Below are positions 27,670 through 36,911 of a DNA stretch of 64,000 nt, piece by piece. The stretch's first letter is position 1. Every line of letters starts with the position of its first letter. The position numbers were made by a program, and so were the translations under genes. Origin of the DNA: a virus (taxonomy: Duplodnaviria; Caudoviricetes); the IMG/VR virus record IMGVR_UViG_3300037608_000261, positions 17,920-81,919 of that record; one strand, 5' to 3'. A model generated the notes under the pieces. It did no database searches. It was not told where the DNA came from and was given only the letters and a program-made list of their open reading frames with translations.

Positions 27670-28326
27670 TTACATACCTCTTTTGCGACGCATCCTCATC
27701 GATTTAGCTCTGGCAAGTTTTGCCGCACCGGTAAAGGCTCTTCTCCGGGCGATCTTCAAGCCAGCTTTCTGTGCAGCCGTCATCTTGTGGGGCCGTCCAA
27801 TTCGTTTCGTTTTGAATACGATCTGTCCGTTTCTAACAACTTTGATCACGGATTCCATAATCGGGGCATTGCTGACAGCATAATGGCTGACCAGAGTGTC
27901 GTCATCATCCTGGACGCTCTGCATTTTCTCAGACAAGAAGGTCCCTAACTTTGCACCTTCTTCGTCATCTTCGTTGTCGATGAAAGTTTGAATGTTTCCG
28001 GCGTCTGCGCCCAAAGCGGTGAAGGCATAGCCGACCTCGGTCAGCAGGTCATTGTAATAGGCTTCCTCATCGTTGGTGAACTCTTCGTCTCCGTCCAGAT
28101 CAGCAATGGTTGCGACGGAATCGGCCAAAGCCCCAAAGGAATAGTCCCCATTCTCCAACCACGTGAGAGCGCAAGCCATAGCCTGAGACCTCATCTGTTT
28201 TTTTGCGAAATCATCGATGGATCCCACATCGGCAGCTTCTTCGAATATCTTGCATTCCTTGGCCTTCTCAAAAATGAGATCACCGAAAATTTCATTGGCT
28301 TCGTTTGTTCCAAACACACCCTTCAT
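27670..28326 (-). CDS. Prohead core-like protein (P1 gp21 position); likely start MKGVFG at 28326
   Basis: Acidic body; basic C-terminus KVVRNG...AQKAGLKIARRRA...MRRKRGM resembles T4 prohead core gp68; RBS before 28326. Confidence 0.6.
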   Translation of the reverse strand: MKGVFGTNEANEIFGDLIFEKAKECKIFEEAADVGSIDDFAKKQMRSQAMACALTWLENGDYSFGALADSVATIADLDGDEEFTNDEEAYYNDLLTEVGYAFTALGADAGNIQTFIDNEDDEEGAKLGTFLSEKMQSVQDDDDTLVSHYAVSNAPIMESVIKVVRNGQIVFKTKRIGRPHKMTAAQKAGLKIARRRAFTGAAKLARAKSMRMRRKRGM

Positions 28327-28339
28327 ATCCTTTTCCTCC

Positions 28340-30208
28340 TTATTTAATAAGTCTTGGCTGTCCCGCAATACGACGGGCCGCTCCGGTAGGGCAAAAGTCC
28401 CAAGTGACAAGCCAGAGGTCTATTTCTTCCTGTGTCACGTTCAGGATATATGGTTGTGTCCCGTCCGCATCATCTCTGGGTTTAACCAGGGCGCCGGAAG
28501 TGACAAGTTGATCAAGTATTTCTTTTGTCATCTTTGTAAGACCCTGTTTGGTGAGGCCATCCGGCTCGAATTTCATATAAGCCGCACCTTCGACAAACCG
28601 GTGGTCAATATAGTCGGCGATGTCGTTTACCCATCCGAACCTGCTGTAATTTTGCTTGTACCAGACGGTAAGATCATCGTCGATCACCGCGCCGCCAGTG
28701 TCCCCTGATACAACAGGGTTAATGCGAGCGTCGTAGAAATCGTCACGGTTTATTGCATCGTCCGGAAACAAGGGCTTGATACCGGTGCGGGTCAGTTTCC
28801 CCCGGTTGATACCTGCGGGAGAGTAATGAACGCCTGGGGTTGCTCCTGTAAAGTTTGCCAATCCGCGTGCTTTTGAGGCGACTGCCGCCCCTGATACACC
28901 CCAGACTGTTTTTCCGCCGTACCATCGGTCGTTCGCCGAAAACGGTGAATAATAACAACGTGCGTGCCTGCTCTCGACACCCATGCCTTTCAGCCATGCA
29001 ATCGCCTGATCTGATTGAAGATTTGGGTTAACATCGAAGAAAAAGGAACAGTGCCGTTTATCCGCAATGTCTATGCAGTTTGCAATCACTTCTTCGTCGT
29101 AGACACCAGCCGCAAACATGAGGTTGCAGGTGTAGGTCTCGTTTCTAAATAAATCCCATGCGGAAATCCAGTTCTCGGTTGAAGGATCGTCACCATTGTC
29201 TCCGCCAACAAATGTTGCCTTGACCCCGTATTTCAGGCTATCTTTGATGGTATCCCATGTAAGGTCTTCATCAATGTTGCCCCTGAACCGGTCGCTGTTT
29301 TGTTCCAGAACGGTTTCAAAGAACGCCGGACGGCCCATGTCGTCTTTATCTGTAGGGTTAAGACCAGCCACATAAGTTTCAAGAAGGTACTCATCGCCGT
29401 TCTCATCTTTGTCATAAATGTTGATGGTGAATCTCTGGTCGTATTGCCCTTTGTATGCCTTCCAGGTGGTTCCGGGGATGGCCAGCGTTGGAGCGTCACC
29501 TGAAGACGTGTGCGCTGTGGTGCAGATCAGTTTCCCGCCCGTAACGGTTATTACATCATTTACTTCGTAGGACGTAGTAGTCACCCACGCGCCTTTTTCC
29601 GTTATGACATTTGTGATCTCGAAAGACCGGTTAGTGCTTGGATCGCCGTCAATGGGCCACACTTCAAGGACATATCCTGCCCCAAGAGAAAGAGAGGTCC
29701 CGTATGGGTGCCCATCCTCATTCGACGTTTGACCCACTTCAAGGCTGCCGGTAAATACCTCCCAATTTATTGCGTTCGGGGGGTCATTCTCGCTGGATGA
29801 GGTGTGTGCCAGGATACAGATATACGTGACGCCGCCAAGCGTAACAACATCATCCTTCACATAATCATGGCCAGACACCCATGCACCATGATAGGCAATC
29901 AATTTCACCAATAGAGAAGGGAAACGGGCCTCATCATCAATGGCCCGCACAACATTCACATAATTGCATTCCTTGACCGCGTCTGCAAGATGCCTGAGCC
30001 CTTCCATGAAGGTCGCTTTTCTGGAAAGAGGCTCTCCTAAAAGGCTCTCCCAGTTATCATCTCTTACCTGAAATACTTTTCCTACAGGTCCCTTGATCGC
30101 TGCAACAACCGTGGCACCCACGGATACCGGGCCTCCACCAGTCTTGTATGTATTATCAATCAACCGCAGGACGGTTATCTCTGCGGCATTTGTGATAACT
30201 GATTTCAT
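28340..30208 (-). CDS. Contractile tail sheath protein with two inserted carbohydrate-binding-like modules
   Basis: 622 aa; FFFDV, HYSPAGINRG, ARINPV, DYIDHRF sheath motifs; P1 gp22 position. Confidence 0.9.
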   Translation of the reverse strand: MKSVITNAAEITVLRLIDNTYKTGGGPVSVGATVVAAIKGPVGKVFQVRDDNWESLLGEPLSRKATFMEGLRHLADAVKECNYVNVVRAIDDEARFPSLLVKLIAYHGAWVSGHDYVKDDVVTLGGVTYICILAHTSSSENDPPNAINWEVFTGSLEVGQTSNEDGHPYGTSLSLGAGYVLEVWPIDGDPSTNRSFEITNVITEKGAWVTTTSYEVNDVITVTGGKLICTTAHTSSGDAPTLAIPGTTWKAYKGQYDQRFTINIYDKDENGDEYLLETYVAGLNPTDKDDMGRPAFFETVLEQNSDRFRGNIDEDLTWDTIKDSLKYGVKATFVGGDNGDDPSTENWISAWDLFRNETYTCNLMFAAGVYDEEVIANCIDIADKRHCSFFFDVNPNLQSDQAIAWLKGMGVESRHARCYYSPFSANDRWYGGKTVWGVSGAAVASKARGLANFTGATPGVHYSPAGINRGKLTRTGIKPLFPDDAINRDDFYDARINPVVSGDTGGAVIDDDLTVWYKQNYSRFGWVNDIADYIDHRFVEGAAYMKFEPDGLTKQGLTKMTKEILDQLVTSGALVKPRDDADGTQPYILNVTQEEIDLWLVTWDFCPTGAARRIAGQPRLIK

Positions 30209-30627
30209 TTTTTACCTCCACTCTTCTTTTTCTTCTTCTTCGTGTTCCCTATACTCACCGTAGCTTTCCCTTGTGGGGTCGTTTCCGTCGTCTCTGTCCC
30301 GTCTGTGGTTGTGGTTTCAGTTGTGGTTTCAGTCTCTGATTTGGATTCGGGCTCCCCTACCCCTTCTTCAGTAGTCTCTGCCTGCGGGTCCGTCTCTGTG
30401 CTGGTTTCGCTTACAACAGACTGGACCGCTTCTTTGGTCTTCTCTGCCGCAACAATCGGCGTACATATGACTGCGGGGTGCCTGTGTTTGAGGTAGGAAA
30501 GAGCATTTTTGACGTATTGGCGGGGAACATCGACTATTTGTGATGACCGTCCGGGGATGTCAAGAGTAAAACCTATGTACCTTCGATTTACCCCCGACAC
30601 ACTGTTATTTTCGAACTTGATTTTCAT
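30205..30627 (-). CDS. Hypothetical virion-associated protein, Thr/Glu-rich linker and basic tail
   Basis: 140 aa; RBS AGGAGG; between capsid and sheath genes. Confidence 0.75.
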   Translation of the reverse strand: MKIKFENNSVSGVNRRYIGFTLDIPGRSSQIVDVPRQYVKNALSYLKHRHPAVICTPIVAAEKTKEAVQSVVSETSTETDPQAETTEEGVGEPESKSETETTTETTTTDGTETTETTPQGKATVSIGNTKKKKKKSGGKK

Positions 30628-30645
30628 GGTTAGCCTCCTACTGCC

Positions 30646-30676
30646 GTTTCACAATCCACGCCCACTCGGGGGTGAC
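30646..30676 (-). repeat. Solitary type I-C CRISPR-repeat-like unit
   Basis: Minus strand GTCACCCCCGAGTGGGCGTGGATTGTGAAAC; intergenic; no second repeat nearby. Confidence 0.6.
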
Positions 30677-30691
30677 TAATACAGAGAAATT

Positions 30692-30738
30692 GAAAGAAGG
30701 GCGATCCACCCGACAATAATTATGCGGATGGATCGCCC
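30692..30738 (-). terminator. Intrinsic terminator after the major capsid gene
   Basis: 14-bp stem GGGCGATCCATCCG/CGGGTGGATCGCCC (one U-G pair on the minus strand, a C-A mismatch on plus) followed by TTCTTTC. Confidence 0.8.
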
Positions 30739-30747
30739 ATGATATTC

Positions 30748-32373
30748 TTATTCCTCTGTGTCAGTAATGGCCAACTCCATGAAATACTCTCGGCCATCAA
30801 ACGGATTCAGGTCGCGGTAGGCCAACTCCCACAGTGTGTTCTCATATTTTAAATCGCTCTGCATGGCGTGTTTGAATGCCATTGCAGGGATAGCGTCACC
30901 GGCAATGTAACCGGCCTCACCTATGTTTTTCCCTTTCGCGTAGCAGAGACTGCTGTAGTCGGTAGACCGCTGCGGATCCTCGTAAAGGTCCCACATGCCG
31001 AAAAGACGACCGACATAGTGCGGCTGAGGAATCCTTACATACCCCGGAGCAGGTGAGAAATTAGGCTCCTTCATACTCTTAAACAGGACCGCAGTCTTGG
31101 AATCAGCTACAAGGCCAATGAGTCCGGATGTCCCGGTCTGAGACATAAGTATTGCGTCTATTTCCAGGAGAGTCTGCTTTACACTTTCGTAATGTTCCTG
31201 GAAATATGTGCTGGCCGGTACATGCATGTTCCAGGACTTCTGTCCCTTCATATAGAAATACATATCGGCAAGGTGCTTGCGATCTTTGTCGGCACTCAGC
31301 AAGTTCCTCATAGCGAGCATAGCCATGCTGTCGGCATTCAAGTTAAATTCTCTGCGCAACCCCCACAAAGACTGGAGTGTAGTGCTTGCTTCAATAGCCG
31401 ATTCGTGCGGATAAATAGTCCTTGAATCCATCTCGTGATTTACTGCCGGTATTAGAGTCGGGTCTTTTTCGATATCGATATCAATCCCGACATGTACCTC
31501 AATTCCGGTAGCTGGCGCTGTTGAAAAAACGGGGTGAACAATACCGCTGGCATAGTTGACCGTACCGGTTACGGTAATCGTGGTACCGCCGACAACAAAA
31601 CTCCCCGACAATACAGCGGCCCCATCATCCTTTGCCACAACGTTGCGGTCATGGATAATCTTGATGGATTTTTTCTTGAAAGGCCGAATGCCGCCCCATT
31701 TTGTGTTAGAGTTCAAATCAAACTCATTTGATGATCCTGTTTTGGTTCCGTTGCCGGTACCCGTAAGAAATCGCTGATCCATCGTTCCATACTGACCGGC
31801 GAAATCATGGGTGATCTTGTCGTTTATGGTGAGGTCACCAAATGTACTGGCAGCTACTCGCCAAATCTTGAATATCTCGCTCTGATTGAAAGTTCCGGGA
31901 ATATATGACACAATGTTCCCGGTAACGGACAGGAGCATGACAGGCAGAATAAGCGCCACCATGCGGTCCCTCATGAGAATCCCCTCTGTCGTCGAAATAT
32001 TGGCTGCCTCAAGAAGCATACCGCCCACTTCATGTCTTCCATTTCCGACAGTTGCAGTAATTGCATTTTCAATAGCCTGATGAGCACTGGCAAGCATCTC
32101 CTCGGAGGGCATATGACCTCTCTGGTTACAATACTGCCTCAATGCGTTTGACCATGTAGCCTGAATTGTAGCGGCCCCTTTGCCAAGACCTTCAAAAATG
32201 CTTCCCTTGGTTGCGATCTCCAGCCGGTCTGCCCTTGTTCTACGATCACCAATAAACATCCCGGTTGCCTCATCAATCACTGGAACCAACAAAACATCCC
32301 GAAGATGGTTTGCCTTGTCCGTGATCGATTTTACTCTTTCATGGTATTCTTTCATCGTATCCTTTACCTCCAT
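30748..32373 (-). CDS. Major capsid protein (P1 gp23-like); probable start MKEYH at 32355
   Basis: 541 aa; MLASAHQAIEN, LILPVMLL, LIPAVNHEM, GYIAGDAIPA parallel P1 gp23 as recalled. Confidence 0.92.
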   Translation of the reverse strand: MEVKDTMKEYHERVKSITDKANHLRDVLLVPVIDEATGMFIGDRRTRADRLEIATKGSIFEGLGKGAATIQATWSNALRQYCNQRGHMPSEEMLASAHQAIENAITATVGNGRHEVGGMLLEAANISTTEGILMRDRMVALILPVMLLSVTGNIVSYIPGTFNQSEIFKIWRVAASTFGDLTINDKITHDFAGQYGTMDQRFLTGTGNGTKTGSSNEFDLNSNTKWGGIRPFKKKSIKIIHDRNVVAKDDGAAVLSGSFVVGGTTITVTGTVNYASGIVHPVFSTAPATGIEVHVGIDIDIEKDPTLIPAVNHEMDSRTIYPHESAIEASTTLQSLWGLRREFNLNADSMAMLAMRNLLSADKDRKHLADMYFYMKGQKSWNMHVPASTYFQEHYESVKQTLLEIDAILMSQTGTSGLIGLVADSKTAVLFKSMKEPNFSPAPGYVRIPQPHYVGRLFGMWDLYEDPQRSTDYSSLCYAKGKNIGEAGYIAGDAIPAMAFKHAMQSDLKYENTLWELAYRDLNPFDGREYFMELAITDTEE

Positions 32374-32478
32374 TTCGTAGGTCTGTTTTGTGTTGCTCCT
32401 CGTTAAGCGGCGCGGGGGTGCCGCGTAAAGTGGCCGTTACAGTAAGGGTAATAGGATTCGAGTTGAATGAAAATACAG

Positions 32479-32514
32479 GAAAAACGAAGGATTGTAATAG
32501 AAAAACGAAGGATT
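32479..32514. promoter_or_regulatory. Tandem 15-bp direct repeat, candidate late-promoter regulator site
   Basis: GAAAAACGAAGGATT at 32479-32493 and 32500-32514 (21-bp period), ~110-140 bp upstream of the capsid gene. Confidence 0.5.
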
Positions 32515-32610
32515 ACATGATTTAGGGTGAAAAGAAATCGCTCCTGTCATTTCAAGTGGGTAATACAGTTTGTTGGCTGCAAGATATGTCGGCACTTGAA
32601 GTGTGAATAA

Positions 32611-32827
32611 CTTCCTGAAGTTGATACTGCGTGGTTTTTGCCTTAGATGCAACACTTCTTCATGTAATTCACACTTCGTGGCTTTTGCCTGAAGCGTAAT
32701 GTTCTTCCTGAAGTTGATACTGCGTGGTTTTTGCCAAAGGCACTGCTTTCTTACCGAAATGCACGCTGCTCGGTTCTTTCCTTAGTCACAAACTTCTTCC
32801 TGAATTTTATACTGCGTGGTTTTTGCC
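32611..32827. repeat. Five-unit non-coding tandem array, 46-47 bp period
   Basis: 32-bp core CTTCCTGAAGTTGATACTGCGTGGTTTTTGCC at 32611, 32704 (identical) and 32796 (30/32); degenerate copies at 32658 (25/32) and 32750 (21/32). Confidence 0.9.
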
Positions 32828-32917
32828 TTAAATACAATGCTTCAAATCGGACTCTACAACACTGATAAAAATTCCCCTTGACATAATGTCATAACAGGAA
32901 GAAAATGTGAAAGAGCA

Positions 32918-33811
32918 ATGTTTTATAAAATTACTGTTAATTCTTGGAATGATATCCTTTTACTCTTTGATAAGATGAATGGAAGAGGTTGGGACTGGGT
33001 ATTTAGAGGACAATCTAATGATAGGTTGGAATTGTCTACCAAATTTGAAAGAGACGCAAAAAAATATCGATGCGATGACACTTATTGGTTTAGGAATCGT
33101 GAGAAATATATATTATGGGATTTTCAACGTAGAGCGCATCAGTATATTAAGATTTTACCAAAATTAGAAAACCTCATAGAATGGTTATCTCTATTACAGC
33201 ACCATGGGGGAGCAACGAGGCTACTTGATTTTACATGGTCGTGTTATGTTGCTGCATTCTTTGCTGTCGAAACATCGGAGACTGATTCGATCATATGGGC
33301 AGTCAATATTAAGAAATTGATTGAGCAGCTAAAGAATATTAACGATAGCAAGATAACAGAGAAAGAACATGCATGGGAAGATATTATCGAAAGGAATAAT
33401 CAGTGGGCCAATGGTATAATCAAGGATAGAAAAAATGATAATCTCGTCCTCTTGGTCGAGCCTTTCCAGCAGCATGAACGAATTTCTATACAGCAAGGGC
33501 TTTTTCTTTTTCCAGGCAATATTGAAGAGTCTTTTGAGTTTAATATATCCTCAGTTTTTAAGTTTGATTTTAAGGAACTTTCAGATAATAATGCGTCTAA
33601 TATAGTATTTTCAAGAAATGATAAATTTGATTTTTCAGATATCTCAATTATAAAAATCGTTATTCCATTTGGTTTACACTCAGAAGTACTTATGAAACTA
33701 TATAACATGAATATAACAGCTGCCACTCTTTTTCCTGGGCTTGATGGATTTGCTCGAAGTCTATCTTATCGTTTTAGAGAACTTGATTATTTCTTAAATC
33801 GTAAAGGTTGA
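32918..33811 (+). CDS. FRG-domain protein (accessory, possible defence)
   Basis: 297 aa; WVFRGQ, LQHHGGATRLLDFT, AAFFA, RISIQQGLF, LFPGLDGFA; AT-rich; TTGACA at 32878. Confidence 0.9.
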   Translation: MFYKITVNSWNDILLLFDKMNGRGWDWVFRGQSNDRLELSTKFERDAKKYRCDDTYWFRNREKYILWDFQRRAHQYIKILPKLENLIEWLSLLQHHGGATRLLDFTWSCYVAAFFAVETSETDSIIWAVNIKKLIEQLKNINDSKITEKEHAWEDIIERNNQWANGIIKDRKNDNLVLLVEPFQQHERISIQQGLFLFPGNIEESFEFNISSVFKFDFKELSDNNASNIVFSRNDKFDFSDISIIKIVIPFGLHSEVLMKLYNMNITAATLFPGLDGFARSLSYRFRELDYFLNRKG

Positions 33812-34160
33812 AGAAAGACTTATTACATAATGTAATTATTGTTGTTTCTTTGATGATAGGCCATTTTGTTGCAGGTGGAGCACACAATTTTTAATATTGA
33901 TTCGATTTAGAAATTCATTTCTAAGATGTACTTCCTGTTATCGAATTTTTCATAAAGAAACAATTTGTCCTATTTTCAAGTGGTAATGTAGAAAACAATA
34001 ATAATTTTCTTGACATAATTTGCATACAATATAAGAATAAAACAAAAAGTTATATAAAAATGGTGAAGAAAGGGTGGGGATAGCAATTGAAGGTTTCCCT
34101 CTGATCCAAAAAAACTAACTCTTTTTGCTGCTATTGCTCATTAATAAAGTGGAGGGCACA

Positions 34161-34757
34161 ATGGATATAGACAAGTTCCAGAAAATAGCTTCTTGTTGCA
34201 GTTCCTGCGTTGTCGCGGTTGCATTAATCATCGGTGCTATCTGGGCCATCTACACATTTAATTCAGAGCTACGTGTACAAAACGCAAAAGCACAGTTGGA
34301 AAAACTGAATAGAGATCTTGCTCAAGAACCAAAATTAGAGATAGATATTGAGATGCAGCAACTATCTACGCATCCATCAAAAGAGAGAATAATAATTGGC
34401 AAACTATTGGTAACAAATATTGGGACTGGCGACGTAGTTTTGAAGCAAGCAGGTAAAGATAAGGATGACCCACCGCTACACCTTTATGAAGTGAGATGGA
34501 GCAAAGGCCATGAGGATTGGAAACACGTGGTATCGTTTTATTTGCCTTTAGGAAAGGATATGAGGTTTGGGGAGATGACAGTATATGCAGGACTAACAAA
34601 CCAAGCGCGCTTTTGTATCACAGTGCCACGACCAGGTTTATATGTTTTGGTGTTTAAAATACCTGGGGACAACGTTGAATTGGAGCGGGCAAAGAGAGCA
34701 GGGGCTACGCTCCCCGACATTTTTTCGCACGCATCTAACTATATATTGGTAAAATAG
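34161..34757 (+). CDS. Membrane-anchored hypothetical protein (accessory)
   Basis: RBS GGAGG before ATG 34161; N-terminal TM VVAVALIIGAIWAIYTF, short coiled coil, beta-rich domain; TTGACA at 34010. Confidence 0.75.
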   Translation: MDIDKFQKIASCCSSCVVAVALIIGAIWAIYTFNSELRVQNAKAQLEKLNRDLAQEPKLEIDIEMQQLSTHPSKERIIIGKLLVTNIGTGDVVLKQAGKDKDDPPLHLYEVRWSKGHEDWKHVVSFYLPLGKDMRFGEMTVYAGLTNQARFCITVPRPGLYVLVFKIPGDNVELERAKRAGATLPDIFSHASNYILVK

Positions 34758-35112
34758 CTCATGACATTTAAATTTATTGTTAAAACTATTGAGTAGTAAA
34801 AGTGGCACAAAGCCATTATATAACCGTTGACAAGCTAATAAATCGCTTCAGTCAATCAGCCATAAATACGGTCACTATGGCTAAACCTGGCTACTTCCTC
34901 TGTTTCAATTGGTAGTTCTCGATAATGTATTTATTTGAAATCACTCAGTTGTAGGTGCAGTTATTTCGTATAGCAACTTGAAATCCTCATATTGGCACCC
35001 TTCTCTTTGAATATATGAAGTGTCGGGGTTAGCATATCTCATATTAGCTACTCAATGCGAGAAAGAGACTCTATAAATCTTAGGTAAGAGGCCTGGAGCC
35101 CCCTACCCTGTT

Positions 35113-35910
35113 TTAATGGCTGTGGTGGTTTGTATTTGACCCGCCATCAATTATATTGCCGGTTGCACTGATATTTCCCTTCACATCAATGGGGCCAACT
35201 ATCTCAAAATTACCTGTCAATACAGCAGTTGCTCCTCCTCCACCCATGCCTAACGCGCCAGCATTAATATTTACAACCGGTGCGCTTATCGTGACCGACT
35301 GCTCGCCATTCAATGCCAGTTGCGGAGCGGTGATAAGAGCAGCTTCCTTTGCTGATGCAAAAATCTTCTTTTCACTATGCAGAGTAATATCCCCTTGCGG
35401 TGATATGCGTATCGCCGTCCCGGACGCTCGCTGAGTCACGGCAAAAGAGGTATCCTCATTAATTTCAATGGTGACGCCGTGCTGTGTATAAACACAGTTT
35501 CTATGATATGTAGCGGCTGCCGGTGCAGGCTCTTCACCGGTTGTCTTGTGGACAAGTTTGCTGGCTCCCGCAAATGCCTCATGAGGAAAATTAGGAACTT
35601 TCCCCGGTGCCATATGGACTGATCCGGTAATACGAGGTCTTCGCGGGTCGGTATTGTACGGAAAATCCACCCAGACATAATCTCCCAGGTCTACCGGAGT
35701 AAAGAACCCGTCATTTACCCGTGCGCCCAGAGGAAGCTTGTACTCTGCCCATGGAAGGGCCTTCATCGGCACCTGTTCGGTATGTATAGAAAACACTCTG
35801 ACTTGCACCCTCATGAGATGGTTAGGATCGTCTATGCACTCTACGCGGCCAATGTGCTCACCGTAATATTTGCCTTGATTTGTAGATGTCTGATTAGGTT
35901 CGCCGTTCAT
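35113..35910 (-). CDS. Baseplate spike (gpV/gp5 OB-fold)
   Basis: 265 aa; DDPNHLMRVQVRV...LPWA...GDYVWVDF; C-terminal metal-binding NTNHHSH. Confidence 0.9.
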   Translation of the reverse strand: MNGEPNQTSTNQGKYYGEHIGRVECIDDPNHLMRVQVRVFSIHTEQVPMKALPWAEYKLPLGARVNDGFFTPVDLGDYVWVDFPYNTDPRRPRITGSVHMAPGKVPNFPHEAFAGASKLVHKTTGEEPAPAAATYHRNCVYTQHGVTIEINEDTSFAVTQRASGTAIRISPQGDITLHSEKKIFASAKEAALITAPQLALNGEQSVTISAPVVNINAGALGMGGGGATAVLTGNFEIVGPIDVKGNISATGNIIDGGSNTNHHSH

Positions 35911-36911
35911 TTTGGCAACACTCCTTTAACTCTGGTAAAGAATTTCTGTGCGCCATAATAATGTGCTACTGTCCCGATGACCACCTTTGCCGGTAAGCTT
36001 TCGTCGATAGGTGCATCAATTCTGGCAGCATTCCATTTCAAGGAGATTGTCGCCCCAGGCACAAGCGTGCCATTGCCCAGTGCGGTAAAATCAATGGCTG
36101 GGTAAGGAATCTCGGCAAGATTGTTCATGGTCGCCATATTGAAAACAGAAACGAATTCAGGCGGTTTTGTTGTCTTCTTTCCCGACTTCATGACACCCTT
36201 GACCATATCCCATCCGATGACATTACGATCCACGCGGTCCTTGATAAGTGCCTTGGCGTTTTCTCTGGTAAAAAATATGATCTGGTTTTTAGCCTTCGGG
36301 TTATCGTGCTCATAGGTGTGCTTCGCTTCCTTCTTAAAGAGTTCCGCCAGTTTTATGAATACAAGTGCCCCTCGCCGGTAAAAACAAAGACCACCTCTTT
36401 CTTTTGCCATCTGCCGCAATAGTTTTGTCGGCCTCTCACCTGGAAGCAAGTGATAGGCTTCAAGCGTTGGAAAGTTGCCAACATTGTATCGGAGACCTGG
36501 GGCCAGACGCTTCAGTATTGTTTCTATCGGTGCCTTCGGAAATAGTATGCTGTCCTTTGCGGGTTGTTTCAGAAGGTCAACATTGCGCTGCATACAGTTC
36601 AGTGTGACCATGTTTCCTTTGTTCGGCATCGTCCAGATTGTAAACTGCATGGTCTGGTCAATACCATCCCGCCCCCACACGTCGGCTATACGAACCTGCA
36701 ACACATCCCGCTCTTTGACCTTCATATCATCCCGGATGATCGAGTGGGCATCATCAAAGGTCATCATGAGACGAGGCCCCGATAAGTCGAGGGTCTCAAC
36801 AAAGGTTACTTCCTTGAGAAATGACAGATCGAATGTTCGGGCCTCCACCCCGTTTCTGATTAACTTCACATCCTGCAGAAGGTAATCTTCCTGTTTGACA
36901 GCTTCAGACAT
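35907..36911 (-). CDS. Baseplate hub protein (P1 gp6-like)
   Basis: 334 aa; ETLDLSGPRLMMTFDD...; upstream of the spike gene. Confidence 0.7.
   Translation of the reverse strand: MSEAVKQEDYLLQDVKLIRNGVEARTFDLSFLKEVTFVETLDLSGPRLMMTFDDAHSIIRDDMKVKERDVLQVRIADVWGRDGIDQTMQFTIWTMPNKGNMVTLNCMQRNVDLLKQPAKDSILFPKAPIETILKRLAPGLRYNVGNFPTLEAYHLLPGERPTKLLRQMAKERGGLCFYRRGALVFIKLAELFKKEAKHTYEHDNPKAKNQIIFFTRENAKALIKDRVDRNVIGWDMVKGVMKSGKKTTKPPEFVSVFNMATMNNLAEIPYPAIDFTALGNGTLVPGATISLKWNAARIDAPIDESLPAKVVIGTVAHYYGAQKFFTRVKGVLPK

Noticed and set aside
32611-32827. Array as a CRISPR locus (32-bp repeats, ~60-bp spacers)
   Set aside because: The apparent spacers contain degenerate repeat copies, there is no hairpin or GAAAC-type end, and no cas genes are present.
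32611-32827. Array as a TIGR system
   Set aside because: The unit is 46 rather than ~36 nt, variable parts partly recur, and no Nop-domain gene was recognised; kept only as an unexplained array.
32891-33941. 11-bp inverted repeat (ATAACAGGAAG/CTTCCTGTTAT) around the FRG gene as transposon ends
   Set aside because: Too short in AT-rich DNA; no transposase or target-site duplication.
34760-35110. Possible pseudogene in the AT-rich gap
   Set aside because: Only short unrelated frames (~33 aa); no recognisable motif.
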